A stretch of DNA of 61,899 bases, counting the filler. It is 8 parts of 8 records of this genome, joined end to end, with 100 filler letters (N's around TTAATTAATTAA, not from the genome) between each part and the next. Parts side by side here need not be neighbours in the genome. Positions count along the whole stretch, not along the records: positions 33,102 to 38,239 come from SRR7504441_8254; positions 38,340 to 45,389 come from SRR7504441_8255; positions 45,490 to 49,327 come from SRR7504441_8262; 5 more parts are not named here. The stretch is one strand, 5' to 3'. This document shows positions 33,102 to 45,669 of this stretch, piece after piece. Numbering within the stretch: the stretch's first letter is position 1; each line of letters opens with the position of its first letter. The notes under the pieces are model-generated. The model saw only the letters and a list, made by a program, of their open reading frames with translations, was not told where the DNA came from and searched no databases. The translations under genes and the position numbers were made by a program.

Positions 33102-35220
33102 GGCAGCCAGGCGCACCCCGAGGCGCACTCCAGAACCAAGCACCCCATCCCCCGCCCGCTCGCCTGTGCCTCTCGACTCCAGCCGGGTGAGCTCGTCTGT
33201 CGGCCGGTCTGTCCAGCCTTATCTTGTCAAATGGGCGCACACCCCGCCCTCCGCGCGGTCTCAGCTGCAGCTGAGCGACTGCTGGGCGCTGTGCGTAAGC
33301 CGAGTGTACAATACAGGCCGGATGGACCAAGCAGCGCTTCAGTTCAAGCAGGTGGCAAAGCGGATCGCGTTGCTGGTGTGGCAGGAGCAGGTGGAGCATC
33401 TGATTCAGGTCAAGAAGCTGGAGGCCGCCAACAACGAGGAGTACCAGATGTACCTCGATGACATGCGGGCTGAGCTCGCCCAGCTCGCCAGACTCAAGCA
33501 GCACGTCGGGTTCCTGCTTCTCGAGCACGCTGCAGTCGCCTCGAGGGCCAGCCGGGCGCTCCAGCTTAGCCAGGCCGTCGGCCGGTGGGCGCACAGCGCG
33601 TGTGGCCAGCGGGAGCTCTCACTGCTTGCCCAGATCGAGGCAGCCGTCGAGTCCAGTCGGGCGCAGCAAGCCGCTTTGACCCAGGCGGTGCACCGGTCAG
33701 AGGCGGCGAGTGCGGATCAGCGCAGCACGCAGCTGGCGCACGAGTCTGAGATGATTGACCGTGTTGCTGAGGCGACTGCTGGGCGGGACAAGGCGCAGGC
33801 CCAACTGGAGCAGGTGCTGGACACGCTTGCAGCCGAACGGTCGAATGCCAAGGCTCAGAAAGACGAGCTGAACGCGAAAGTGTGCACGCTTGAGGATCAG
33901 ATTGCCGAGCAAGCGGCCGAGCAGGCGCACGCCAAGCAGGCGGCGGAGGCTGGCTGGGAGTGTGAGCGATCCGAGCTGGCCGGGCGGGTGGCGCGGCTTG
34001 AGGCCGAGCTGGCGGGCCGGGAGCGGACCGAGCAGGCGGAGGAGCAATGGGCCAAGGAGCTGGAGGAGCTCGATTCGGAGAAGCTCAGGCTGAGCCACGA
34101 ACTGCAGGCCAAACAGAGCTTGCTCGAGCAGGCGGCTGAGGAAGCTGACCGGCTGCGGTCGGAGCTTGAGCAGTCGGCGCAGGGGGCGGCCGAGGCCGAG
34201 CAAGCCGGGCTGGAGCGGCTGCAAGAGGTGCAGGAGCAGGCCGATCGGCTGGCAGCAGAGATGACAGAGCGGAGCGATCAGTCCGAGCTGCAGCTGCAGT
34301 CGACTCTGGCTGAGCTGCGGGCCCAGAGCGAGAGCCAAGCGGCCGAGCTAGAAGCGGCGGCCGGCGTTCGGAGTGAACTCGAGCAACGGCTTCTGGCGGC
34401 TGAGGCGGCGCTTGGAGAGCAACGAGCGGACGGGCAGCAGGCGGCGGGCGAGGTCGAGAGGCTTGAGGCAGCGTATGATGAGCTCAAGACGCGCTCGCAG
34501 CAGAGCTTGATGCTCGAAAGACAGGCGGCTGACCTAAGAGTGGAGAAGATGCAGGAGGAAGCGCTCGCATCAATGGCTGGCATGCGGCGGAAGGCCAAGT
34601 TAGCCGCATGCTGGAGTGCGTGGCTCAGGTGCCGGTACGCGGGCAGCAGGCGTCAGGGCGGCTCAATCAAGCAGCTGGCGGCGCTTCTAGAGGAGCATCC
34701 AGCCCAACCCGCCCGGGGCTCAGCCCAGGTGCTGGCCCGCCGCCCGACGTGGCTAAGCCGATTGCAGGAGCCCACAGCCGCTACCACAGAGTGGCTGCTC
34801 ACTCGACAGCAGGCACGGCTGGCCGAGGAGATCTCTCAGAGGCAGATTGCCGAGGTAAGCCCTGCTTTGGCCTGGGCGAGCGGTTCACAGGAGAACACTG
34901 CGCAGCTGCGGCAAGTGCTGGCCCAGAAAGAGAAGCAACTGCAGTTTTGCTACAAGCGGTTTGAGGAGATGCACACTCAGCAGCCGAGCGGGAGTCCAGC
35001 GCCTGCCAGTCCCCAGGTGCGGTTTCGGGTCAGCCCGAGGAGCTCGGGTAGCCAGTCGCCGGTCCGGGCGGAGCTACAGTTTGACAACTCGGACTACCAA
35101 ATGGCCCGGTGCTCTCAGCTGCTCGAGATCCTGGACCGACGCAACATTGAGCTGCGGCAGAAGATCAGCTTTGTGAACTTTGTCTCGCCGTTGCAGAATC
35201 GGAGTAACACCCGAAAATGA
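33102..35220 (+). CDS. Glu/Ala/Gln-rich coiled-coil protein, start uncertain or truncated
   Basis: Long ORF ending at TGA 35220 with strong coiled-coil composition; probable in-frame short introns. Confidence 0.7.
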
Positions 35221-35522
35221 AGGTACATGTATTGGTGCGACAACGACAATCACGAGTGCGAAGCTTCGACCTAGCTTCGTACTACGGTAGCTTCGTACCA
35301 TATGCATGGTAATGCATGGATATCTATAGCATATCTGTAAGTACAAAGTCATGTGTAGGTTCCCGGTTAGTCTTACATATAAGACTTTATACGTAGTGAG
35401 AAACTAAGAATTACGTACGAGCGTCCGGATGCAACTTAGACTCCAGATGCATTGCCAACTATAGACGATAGTATCAATTAACGGAACTCCGATCCAGAGC
35501 CAGCTCGCGCGGTATTGGATGC

Positions 35523-36761
35523 ATGCCGGAGGCTCTCGTGCAAGGCGCTAGATGGCCTGGCCTGGTGCTGGCGCTTCTGCTGCTGACGGCCCGGGCGGAC
35601 CTGGTCGGTCTGTTCGAGGTGCATCAGTACGGCGCGGAGGGCGATGGGGTGCACGACGACACAGCGGCCATCCAGGCGGCGCTGGACGCGGCGGCGGCCA
35701 ACGGCGGCGGGACGGTGTCGCTCGGCCGCCGGGGGCCGTACCTGGTGTCCCGGCCGCTGGTGGTGTGCGACAGCCGGCCAGCGGTACGGTGGGAGGATAG
35801 CTTTCCGCCGTCGAGCATGCACTTCCAGGCCAACACCCCAGTGACACTGAGCTCGCCCGCCCACAGCCGGATACTGGCCAGCCCGAGCTGGAGCGCAGGG
35901 GGCGGGCTGTCCGGGATGATTCTGATCGGCGTGCAGCCGGACGGGGCCGGTTGCCCCGGCAAGCCATGGCACAGCGCGGTGGTGAACCTGCAGCTGGGCG
36001 GCGCTAACTACACCCCGTCCGCCTGGCCGGCCGCACACACCCCGCCGGGCTACCCGCTCGGGCCCGGCCCGGCGGCGGGGCTGGTGGCCAGCTGGGCTGG
36101 GTACCTGCGGCTGTCACGGAACAGCATAACAAACGTGAACATCGGGCTGTACTTGAAGGGAGTGGACAACGCAGTGGTGCAGGAAAACGTGATCCGCGCC
36201 AACCACGCGATTGTGGCCGAGGAGTGCGGCGACTCCAAGATCGTCTGGAACGATCTCTATCCGTTCGGCTGGGGCGTGATCCTGCGCGGCTGGTCGGGCG
36301 ACACGCTGTTCGAGCACAACGTCTGGACTGGCCAGCCTATGACCGACCCTGACTCCGACGCATGCAAGTTGGCCCGGGCCCGGTTCGCTAGCCCTGACCG
36401 GTGGTGCGACAACCCGCGCAGGATGCCCGCGTCGGGAGGGATCCTGATTGATAACGGAAACGAGAGCTGTGGTTGGGCTAACGGTTCGGCCATGCTGCAC
36501 CGTCTGTGGCCCAACTGCTCCGCTAGCCCGGGCAAGGGCACCGGGCTGTACATTCGAGACGGGCAGTTCCACGGGCTTAGCACGCTGGTGCAGGCGACTG
36601 CGGCTGAGACGAGTCCGACCGTGCAGTTGGTGCTGGCTGAAAACAACTTGATGCCTCCGCTAGGCGAGCTAGGCTTCAACTATAGCAACGAAAGCTCGGG
36701 CGCGTGCGAGTTTACCTTCGCTTGCGACCGCTGCGCGTGCCGAGACAACGTGTACATATGA
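35523..36761 (+). CDS. Secreted right-handed beta-helix protein (Pectate_lyase_3/GH28-like N-terminus)
   Basis: Signal peptide, then FEVHQYGAEGDGVHDDTAAIQAALDAA...GGTV and Asn-ladder repeats (NSITNVNIGLYL). Confidence 0.8.
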   Translation: MPEALVQGARWPGLVLALLLLTARADLVGLFEVHQYGAEGDGVHDDTAAIQAALDAAAANGGGTVSLGRRGPYLVSRPLVVCDSRPAVRWEDSFPPSSMHFQANTPVTLSSPAHSRILASPSWSAGGGLSGMILIGVQPDGAGCPGKPWHSAVVNLQLGGANYTPSAWPAAHTPPGYPLGPGPAAGLVASWAGYLRLSRNSITNVNIGLYLKGVDNAVVQENVIRANHAIVAEECGDSKIVWNDLYPFGWGVILRGWSGDTLFEHNVWTGQPMTDPDSDACKLARARFASPDRWCDNPRRMPASGGILIDNGNESCGWANGSAMLHRLWPNCSASPGKGTGLYIRDGQFHGLSTLVQATAAETSPTVQLVLAENNLMPPLGELGFNYSNESSGACEFTFACDRCACRDNVYI

Positions 36762-36789
36762 TTCCAGACAATTAAAAAAAATGTTTTCA

Positions 36790-38239
36790 TCAAGTGGTGG
36801 TGAATTTAGCGATGTAAAACCCCACCGTGTCTCCCGGCCCTTGAGGATCAAACCGTTGCACTAGCGCGCACTCCTCGTCCGACAGCCCGTTGCCACGCAG
36901 TCCTGGCTCCGAATACACCCCATGCAATAAAGGAACTTGCGGGGCTAGCTGCAGGTGAGGGAAGCTGTCCAAGATCCACCGCGTCTGGCCCTCGTTTTCA
37001 TCAACGTTCACTGTACACGTTGAATACACCATCACACCTCCTGGCCTTTTAAGCACCCGCACTGCAGCCTCTACCAGCTTCCTTTGATGCGGTATGAGTG
37101 CATTCACTGCTTGCAGCGTCTTGCCCTGCCGGAACCGGGGCCGATCCCCTAACCCACTGCACGGCGGATCTACCAAGCATCGATCAGCCCACCCTTCAGT
37201 ATCTGCTCCCTCAAGCCCTGACCCTTCTAGCACCGCCCTAGTGACTGCTGTGCCAAGCTCGCGAGCATCCAAGTGCCGAGCTCGCACATTGGTCACGCCC
37301 AGCCTGCTGCACAGAGTCTCCACAGCAGCTGCCCGCTGCGCCGATGCATCCAAAGCCCACACTCGGCCTCTATTCGCCATTAGCTGCCCCAGATGCGACG
37401 CCTTGCCGCCTGGGCCGGCGCACAGATCTACTACGGTCTCCCCTGGCTTGGGGTCCACCACCAGGCTGCACGCAATGCACGGCAGATTCTGAGCAAACAG
37501 CCGTTGCTGCCATTCGGGCGGGAGCGTGGCCACCGCGATTGGCGGAGCGGTGTTGAATCTCCTGCTGATCATCGCCACCGCCACTCTTCTAGTCGGGTGA
37601 GCAGGGATGTCCCAGTAAGAGCGCTGCACCGGGCAGCAGAGCGGGGCCCGCACGCCGCGCGGCGCGCTTTGATCATGCTCGCGTGGTAGACGCCCGATCC
37701 CGACAAAGCGCCTGTCGTCAGCCGTGATGCCGCCGGTGCTCCGTCCGCGCACCACGGCCACTACCGCCACGCGCGCTCCCGCGGCGAAGCAGCTGCACTG
37801 GAGCGCTGTATCCAGATCAGCAGGCCCGACCACCCCATCTGGATCCATGTTGCAGCGGGGGTGGTGCGTCCCGCCGAGCAGCCCGGGCCGGTACACGTCG
37901 GCGCCGCGCAGCACAGACTCGCCACAGCGCGAGGTCACAAACACAGTCGGAAGCGGCTCCTGAGCTGCCTCCGCCTCCTCCTCGCCCTCGGCGCAACGTC
38001 GGGTGATCTCTATGCAGTCGCGCACCGCTCCGTGCACCGCCACTCGGACGCCGCTGCCCGCCGCCCCCAGCGCCCGTGACAGCTCGGCCGCGGCGCTGTC
38101 CGGGCTGCCGCTGCACCGCAGGGTGGTGGCCCGTGGCGGTCGGGAGAGCGCGTGCAGCAGTGCACCCAGCGCCGCGTCCGCTGCGCTGTCAGACCGGTGG
38201 TGCCGCCGGTACCCGGACCGGACATGCGCTGCCACGGCC
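36790..38239 (-). CDS. NSUN6: RNA m5C methyltransferase NSUN6-like (PUA + SAM-MTase), 5'-truncated
   Basis: Motifs CGESVLRGADVYRPG, QNLPC, VDLCAGPGGK, DPPCSGLGDRP, VYSTCT..ENE and DTVGFYIAKF. Confidence 0.85.
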
Positions 38240-38339
38240 NNNNNNNNNNNNNNNNNNNNNNNNNNNNNNNNNNNNNNNNNNNNTTAATTAATTAANNNNN
38301 NNNNNNNNNNNNNNNNNNNNNNNNNNNNNNNNNNNNNNN
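38240..38339. other. Artificial contig spacer
   Basis: N44-TTAATTAATTAA-N44. Confidence 0.99.
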
Positions 38340-38387
38340 AGTCATGTAGTGACTTTGTGTCAACTTTACATACAAATTTCGTACATC

Positions 38388-41300
38388 CTAAGTCTGAGGC
38401 ACAATCGGTGCAGTATCTAAGACCGCTGCTCTCACACTGGCCTCGGCACGCCGGGCCTCCTTATGAAGATTAAGTACGTGTTGCTTCATCCTAAGTACCT
38501 TCTCCTTTTGACTTTCAAACGTTGTCTCCAGGCCCTGTGCGGTTGCATCGCTCCGAGCTTTGGCCGAAGCAGCAGCGATGGACTCAGCCTCCTTTTTCTT
38601 GGCCTTGCCCATCGCCTGACCAGCCGCCAGGTCGGCTGCAGACGCTAGCTTCTCCTGTGCTTGCAGCTCAGAACGCAACTTCCCCATTTTTTCCTCAATG
38701 ATGGGCTTGACCCGTGCCAGCCTAGCCTCTGTCCTTTTCACTAGCTGCTGCGCCTGCGAATGGCCGTCCTCCAGACCCTGCTCAGCCTCCTTTGCTGCCT
38801 CCACCTTGATGCCCTCCGCCTCAGATGCCTTCTCGATGCCCTCCAAGGCTCTGGTGAGCTCATTCTGCTCCTGCGTCGCCTCGCGGATGTTGTCCTGCGC
38901 CTCGGCGAGGTCGCTCTCATCTGACACAAGCTGCTCCGCTGTCTTCTCCTTGTCTGCCTCCCCTGCTTCAACAGTTGCGGTCTTGGCAGCAAATTCGTCC
39001 TTGTCGGCCTTCTCTTGATCCTTCAGTTCACGCAGGTTGCCTACTGCGCTCAGCTTGTCGTGCTGCGCGCTATCGAACTTCTCCTGCTCCCTGTCGTGCA
39101 GCTGCTTGGCCGCCTGTGCATTGGCGTCGACCTTGACTTCTTGCTTCCGGAGGTGCCGAAAGTCGGTTCGAGCAGCTGCAGCTTCGACTTGCAGCCGCCG
39201 GAATTCGGCCTTGCGTTGAGCCTTCAGTTTTTCTGTCGTCTCCAGATCTTGCTCTGCTCCAGCTGTCGCTTTATCGACAGAGGCCACGTGCTGATTGGCT
39301 GCTTTCGCAGACTGCTTGACCTTCTGCAACTTGCTTGCAACCTGCTCCTCTGCAGACGCGGCTGTGTTGTAGTCGTAATCAGCCAGTTTCAAGCTCTGCT
39401 CAGCCGCAGCCGCAGCCTGGACTCGAAAAGCAGTGTCCGTTTTAAGTTTTACAAGGGCTGTTTTTGCATCCCGCTCTTGTTGTAACGCCTTCTCGTGCTG
39501 CTCTTCGAGAGCACTAACCAGTGCCGCTTGAGATTCACTAGTTTCTCGGAGATCCTTCTTAGCACGCACGGTGGCCTCCTGCAAACATATCGTTCAAGTA
39601 CTAGACTACTCGTGAGCATCAACACCTTGTTTAGTCTCAGCTGCGTCTTCTCTCTATTGATCTCGGCGTTGACTTCCGCTTCCACAAGTGAATCTTGCTG
39701 GAGCTTTGCATGTGCTGCAGCTCGACCTGTCGCAAATTGCCAACTCAGGCGTACAAGCACACCAAAGCAAGCCACCTGCTCCGGCCTTCTCGTAATCTCC
39801 ATTCAAAGATTGCTCGGTTTGCGTGGCATCGTTGAGCCGGGCTTGTTCAGTTTGCTGGTCCTCGCCTGCGAGCACCAGCTTCTGGCTGGCTGCTTGCACG
39901 CGAGAGGAGCTCATCAACACTTCTTTCTCTGCAGCTGCCTTGCCTTTCTGAGCCTGCACTACCGCCTGCGCTCTGTGTTCCTGGTCATGTGCAGCATCCT
40001 GCACCTCTTCGGGCGCTGCCTCCAGCTCAGCTTTGCTCTGTTCTGCTGCTCCTTGCAGCTGTTTGATGTTGATGTCGGCTTCTTTTTTCTGGAGATGTTC
40101 GACTGCGTCCTCTGCTGACAATCTGTTCGAGTCCCACTTGGCCTCTTCGGCTTTAGCCTGTTTCAGGAGAGGTTTGGCCTGTTCGACGGCTTGCTTGGTG
40201 TCGATAACCTTCTTTTGAGCAGCCGCCATGTCGAGTTGCCTATGCTGCTCGGCTTCGCTCGATGCTTTGAGAGCGACCTTTTCTTGCCGAAGTATGCCAG
40301 CTGCCTCCTGTTCCTGTGTTTTGGCCTCGTCCCGCTCCCTATTTGCATCCCGGACCTCTTTCGACTTTTCGTCGAACTCGTCTTTGGCCTCTTGAGCCGA
40401 GCTCTTTGAGTGGTACAGTGCATCAGTCGCTTCAGATTTAAGATTCCGAGCACGCTGCAAGGCCTCTTCTTTGCGTCGAAGCTTGCTCTCTGCCATGGTC
40501 TTTGCTTGTTTTCGAGTTGTTTGTTCGACAGTCTCTTGATTCAGACTCTCTTGCTCTCGTATCTTAGCCTCCTCTGCTGATACGAGCGTCTGTCCAGCCT
40601 CTTTGAGCCTCTCAGTTGCATCACTCGCCTTTATGACTCTAGATTCTGCTTGAGAGAGGGCTCTCTCCTTGCTGGACTTCATCTTATTTGCCTTCTTGGC
40701 GGCAACTGATATTTCATGCTTTGCTGTCACCTTCCGAGTTGAGGCTGTCCCTCTGGCCGACCTGTACTCCGTCTTTGCAGTCGACAGTGCCTCTTGTGCA
40801 GACTTGAATGTCTTGGCTGCCTCCTCTGCTTCAGCACGGGCCTCTTGTGTCGCAGCTGCCTTGTTGTCAGCCGTCTTCTTCGCTTCATTTGCTGCAGCAA
40901 ATGCTTTTGTGGAATCGCTTTCCAGCTTGGAGAGCTCTTCTTCCACCTTGTTGCGGCGTGCTTCTGCATCTTTAGCAGCCTTGCCTTGAGAAGATGCAGC
41001 CTTTGAAGTCTTGCTGAGCTCTTCAGCCACCTTATATTGCTCTTTTTCTGCCTCTGAGAGCTTATCTTGTTGCTTTTTTAGCGCGTTCTTCGTTGAGTCC
41101 AAGTCGGCTAATTGGGCATCTCTTTGGGTTTTCAGCAGGTTCAGGTCTGTCTCAGTATCGTCTGTAGTCTGCTGCAACCTCTCGTGCGCGAGGTCGGCCT
41201 TGGCCCTCTGGACAGCCACTTGTTCGAATTTCTTCGTGGCTTGATTGAAATCAGTTCTGGCTTGGGTGAGCTCCTGGTGCGTTTTCACATTGAAAGCAAT

Positions 41301-44300
41301 CTTGGTTTTAACAACCTCCTGGGCATCAGCTGCTGCCTGCTTCAGCGCCTGCTGGGCTTCTTCTGCAATGCTGAGCTCAGCTCGTACTGTAGCCACCTGA
41401 CGCTCAGCAGCCTGTTCAGCTGCGTCTACCTCTTGACTTATGGACAGCGTAGCTTTCTCAGCTTCAGTTTTTCGCTTGGTCGTCAACCAATTGAGTACAT
41501 CATTGCGCTCCTTGGCGGCCGCTTGGGCTCTGTGTGCTGCCTTCTTCTCCGCTGTGGCTATTTCGTGAGCGGCTGCTGTGATCTCTAAAGCAGACTTGTG
41601 GAGAGAGGACTCAGCCAGCGCCTTCATCTTCCTGGCATTAATCAGGGACTCGGTTGTCTGCCTGAGATTTTCGCGCCCAGTTTCGCGCTCTCGGAGGACG
41701 CGCTTGTAGATGACAAGATTTTGCTCCTGTTTCTTCCGAGCGAGCCTCTCTGCCGGCGTTGGGACCCTTGGTTTGTGCCTCCTCCAGAGCATTCCATTCT
41801 CGTCGAATGCGTGCTTGCCCATAGCACCACACCCGTGCTCGTTATTAGCCTCACAGTCTTTCTCTTGCAACTTAATCATGCCGCGTTTCTTATCATTCAA
41901 CAGCTTCTCTCTTGCGCCAAACTGACTCCTGGTTGACGCCAGATCCTCTTCGGCGCGCTTGACTCGCTGAGCCTGACGCAATGCCTGCGCCTTGATTGGT
42001 TGGATCTGCACAAGCAAGGCTTAGTCCATACGCAGCAACTTCGATGGTCACCTGAGCAAAGTTGTTCGAGTTGAGCTCGTCACTGTCCTCCTTAGACTCG
42101 GCATCCGGATTCCATACGTCTAGTGGCTTCTTTCCTTCAGCTTTACGTGCAGCATTTTGAGCCACGAGCGCGAGGCCTTCTGCGTCGAACAGCACCTTCT
42201 TCTTCTTTTTAACCTCGTCCTTCTCCTGCGTCTTGAGCTCTTTCAACTGCTTGTTCACCTTCTTGGTGTCTGCGACCAACTTGTCCTTCACAGCCTCCCT
42301 GGCCTTCTCTCGCTTAGTGGCCAGCATGTAGGCCCGCTGCTCCGCCGCCTTTGCTGCCATCAATGAACCTTTGCTCTCCTTCAAGGCCTGGCTCACTCGA
42401 GCCTCTTGGTCTTTATAGAAGGCCTGTCTGGTCTGGGCCTTGGCTATAAAGTGCCCTTCCTCATCTATTACACCTTGGATCACAGACCGGATAGACTTCA
42501 CCTGGGCCTCTGCATCTTCTTCTGCAGTGGCAGTCCTGAGGGCAGCCTCATCAGCAACTTTGACCCTTGTTCGAGCAGCCGATGCTGCTATCTTTTTCTG
42601 GGCCTGAATGAGGCGGTCCCTGAACTTTGCTGCAATTGCTGCTTCATTCAACAGCTCTCGCTTTTGGAGCACAAGCGTTTCTGCGCTACTGTCCACCTTG
42701 GCCTTTAGCACTTTCTGAAGTGCACTGGCTTTGACATGGGCTGTTACTTCTGCATTCTTCATCTCTTCGAGCTGGGTCTTTGCTTCAGCTAATCGCAGCT
42801 TGGCAGCATGCGCTGCATCCTGCTTCTCTCTCAGCTGCAATTCTGCCTCTGAAGCCTTCTGCTTGGCTTGATCCTCACTGTCAGCTTGGGCTGAAGCGGC
42901 CTCGTTTGCCTCCTCCGTCTTCCTGCGCAGATCTTTCAACTCTCTCTCCTTGCCATCAACCTGCCCCTGGCTCGTCTCAACTCGTGTCTTGGCTTTCTGC
43001 ATCTGGCCCATGTCGAGTGCAACTTGAATCGCAAACTCCCTCTTGGCCTGATCAGCTTTCCCAACAAGATCTCTCGCTTTCTCCTCGGCAGCCAGAAAGT
43101 CCTTGGCCTCTGTAGCTTCAAGCTTCGCCTCGTCGCTCTTGAATTCGGCAGCAGCTGCTTTGGCGTTACTTTGCAACTTAGCGGCAGTGGATGCTTTATC
43201 TTCAAAGGCCTGCACCGCTTGTTTGCTATTCGCCTCAGCCTGACCTAAGCTGTCCTGTTTGCTCTTCTTGGCTGCAGTAGCATTCCGTAGTGCGGATTGA
43301 GCATCTCTCACTTGCGAGTCGGCCTCCTTTTGCCTCGATTCTGCACTCGCTACAATTCTGCGTTGCCTGACTGTGACCGATTCGGAAGCTTTTGCAGCAC
43401 GCGCACTCACTCTTGTGGCTATCTCTGCAGCCTTCTTGGCATCCTCCACAGCGTGTTTAGCCTCTGTCAGGGCAATCTTCCGCTGATCAGAGTCCTTCTG
43501 GGCAGTGGTCACAGAGAGGCTTGCCCGCTCAGTTGCTGCCTTGGAACTTGAGACTCGAGCGTGCTGTTTCTTAAGCTCCACGATCGATGTTTCCCGCGCT
43601 TGTGCCGCTCCGTTCAACGCCTGCTGCGCCGCATTCATGGCTTTGGTCGTAACGGCTTGCTTATCTTGCGCACTCTGAAACGCATCAGTTGTATTGCGCA
43701 CTTTCGACTCGGCAGCTGACATCTCGTCGCGCAGAGTAGCCAGCTCCTCATCCTTCTCTTTGATCGATTCCTTTGCAGTGTCCATATCTCTCTGCGCTGC
43801 AAGATTCTTGCGGAGATCTTGCTTCCGTGTCATTCTGCCCTTCTTCAGGGCCGTCTGGGCTTTGATCAGCTGTTGCTTGGCCTGCTGCTCTTCTGACACT
43901 GCAGTCTTGAGCTGCTCTTGTTTCTGCATGGCGTGACCAGCTGCCTGTCGCTTCTGCGCTTTGGCTTCATCCCCTCGTGCCCGACTCACCTGAAGCTCAG
44001 CCTTCACGGCTTCCACTTGCTTATGCGCCCCCTCGAGAACGGCATCGGCTTGCTTGTGCTGGGTCGCCGCTCTGCTGAGCATCTGCTTGGCCTTTTGCTC
44101 ACGCTTTCTAGCCTCCCGGGCGGCTTCTCGGGCGTCTTTGAGTATGGCTGCCCTCTCGCCCACCTCCTGCTTCATACTCATCAGCTCGCCTTGAGCCGCA
44201 CTTTTGCTCTTCTTGAGCTTCTCCAGCCGTTTGCTTAGGCTCTCAACCCTCTTTGCCTGCGCTTCGCGCTCTGCGTTGGCTTTGGATAGTTCGCCTGTTG

Positions 44301-45389
44301 CTTTGACCCAGACTGCTGAGGCAGCCTGCCACCACAGTGTCAGCACAGCACAATTGGCATAAGGGGCACCTTGTAGGCGCTACTGGCTTCCTCCTTCTGA
44401 TCCGTGGCCTGCTCTCGCCTGACATTGGCATCCTGCAGCCTCTTTTCGTTGTCAGCCACTGCCTGTAATGAATCGTCCAGTCGCTGCTTTGCTTGCTGCA
44501 GCTCCAGCTGCTGGGTCTCCTCGCCCTCTGCCAGGGTCTGACTGGCTGCCCTCACCTCATCCTTGGCCTCCGCTACTCCAGCTATTGCAGCCTTCCGCTG
44601 CTCCCCAACATTAGCCACCGCCTCACGAGCCTTGGCCTCATCCTCCTCTGCAGCCTGTTTCTTCATCAAACCGGCAGCAGTCCGCAAGCCAGCCTCGTCC
44701 TTGGAATGCCTTACGAGCGCAACCGCGGCCTCTGTCCTTTCTGCTTTGGCCCTGGCCTGCTTGGCTTGCCCCTCTAGCTCAGTCAGTTTATCCTCCTGCT
44801 GGTTGTACTTGGTCCCGACCCGGTAAACCGCCTCCCTCGCCCCTGTCACCCGCTTCCGCGCCTGGCTCAGCGCTGTCTTGGCCACGGGCATCTGGCGCTT
44901 GAGTCGAGTCTCCGCAAGTCTTGACTGCTCGACTTCATCGCTCGCCTCCTTGAGTTCTCCATCCGCCTCTGCAAGTGAAGACTGGGCGTCAGCCAGCACC
45001 CCTGTGGCCGCGTTGGTCTCGGACCGCTGGTGGGCTTGCATCTGCCGCTCGCCAGTCTTGAGTTCCTTCAGATCCTGCACCGCCCCTTAGTCCCTCTAAA
45101 CTGCAACCGTTCCAGCCACCTCCGCGTAATGCTGCTGGGCTGCGCTGGCCAGAGTCTCAGTCCGTGCCAGGCTTGTCCTGGCGCTGGTCGAGTCAGCAGT
45201 GGCTTTGCTCAGCTTGTCTTGTGCGGCCTCTAGCTTCTTCGTGTTGGCTGCTTTGGCCTTGCTGAGCTGCCCAAGTTGTGCCTCTGCCTCGTCTCTCTTG
45301 GCCTTGTTCGCATCCAACTTCTCCCTGCACCACCGTCAGTCTCACTTAACAAGCAACCAACCCACTTGGCCCTCATCGCCAATGCTTGC
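38388..45389 (-). CDS. Giant (>2000 aa) Ala/Lys/Glu/Gln coiled-coil protein, 5'-truncated; multi-exon
   Basis: Consecutive minus ORFs (45096-45317, 44340-45080, 41893-44346, 39654-42017, 38388-39584) share the same composition and are separated by ~40-50 nt intron-like segments. Confidence 0.8.
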
Positions 45390-45489
45390 NNNNNNNNNNN
45401 NNNNNNNNNNNNNNNNNNNNNNNNNNNNNNNNNTTAATTAATTAANNNNNNNNNNNNNNNNNNNNNNNNNNNNNNNNNNNNNNNNNNNN
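45390..45489. other. Artificial contig spacer
   Basis: N44-TTAATTAATTAA-N44. Confidence 0.99.
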
Positions 45490-45577
45490 CGTCCACCTTG
45501 GCCAGGCGGAACTTCTCACACTTCGTCACGTACCCACGCTTCGCGCTCGTCCATTGGGGGCTGTCCTGCCACGCCAT
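45490..45577 (-). CDS. 5' fragment of a gene divergent from the GH59 gene
   Basis: MAWQDSPQWTSAKRGYVTKCEKFRLAKVD is open to the contig edge. Confidence 0.4.
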
Positions 45578-45669
45578 CACCGCGCCACACCGCTTAACCG
45601 CTGGCAGTCCCGATTGTGGTCCCGATTTGGGAGCGTAGCTTTTTGTTGCAACGGAAATCTCCTCCTCGA

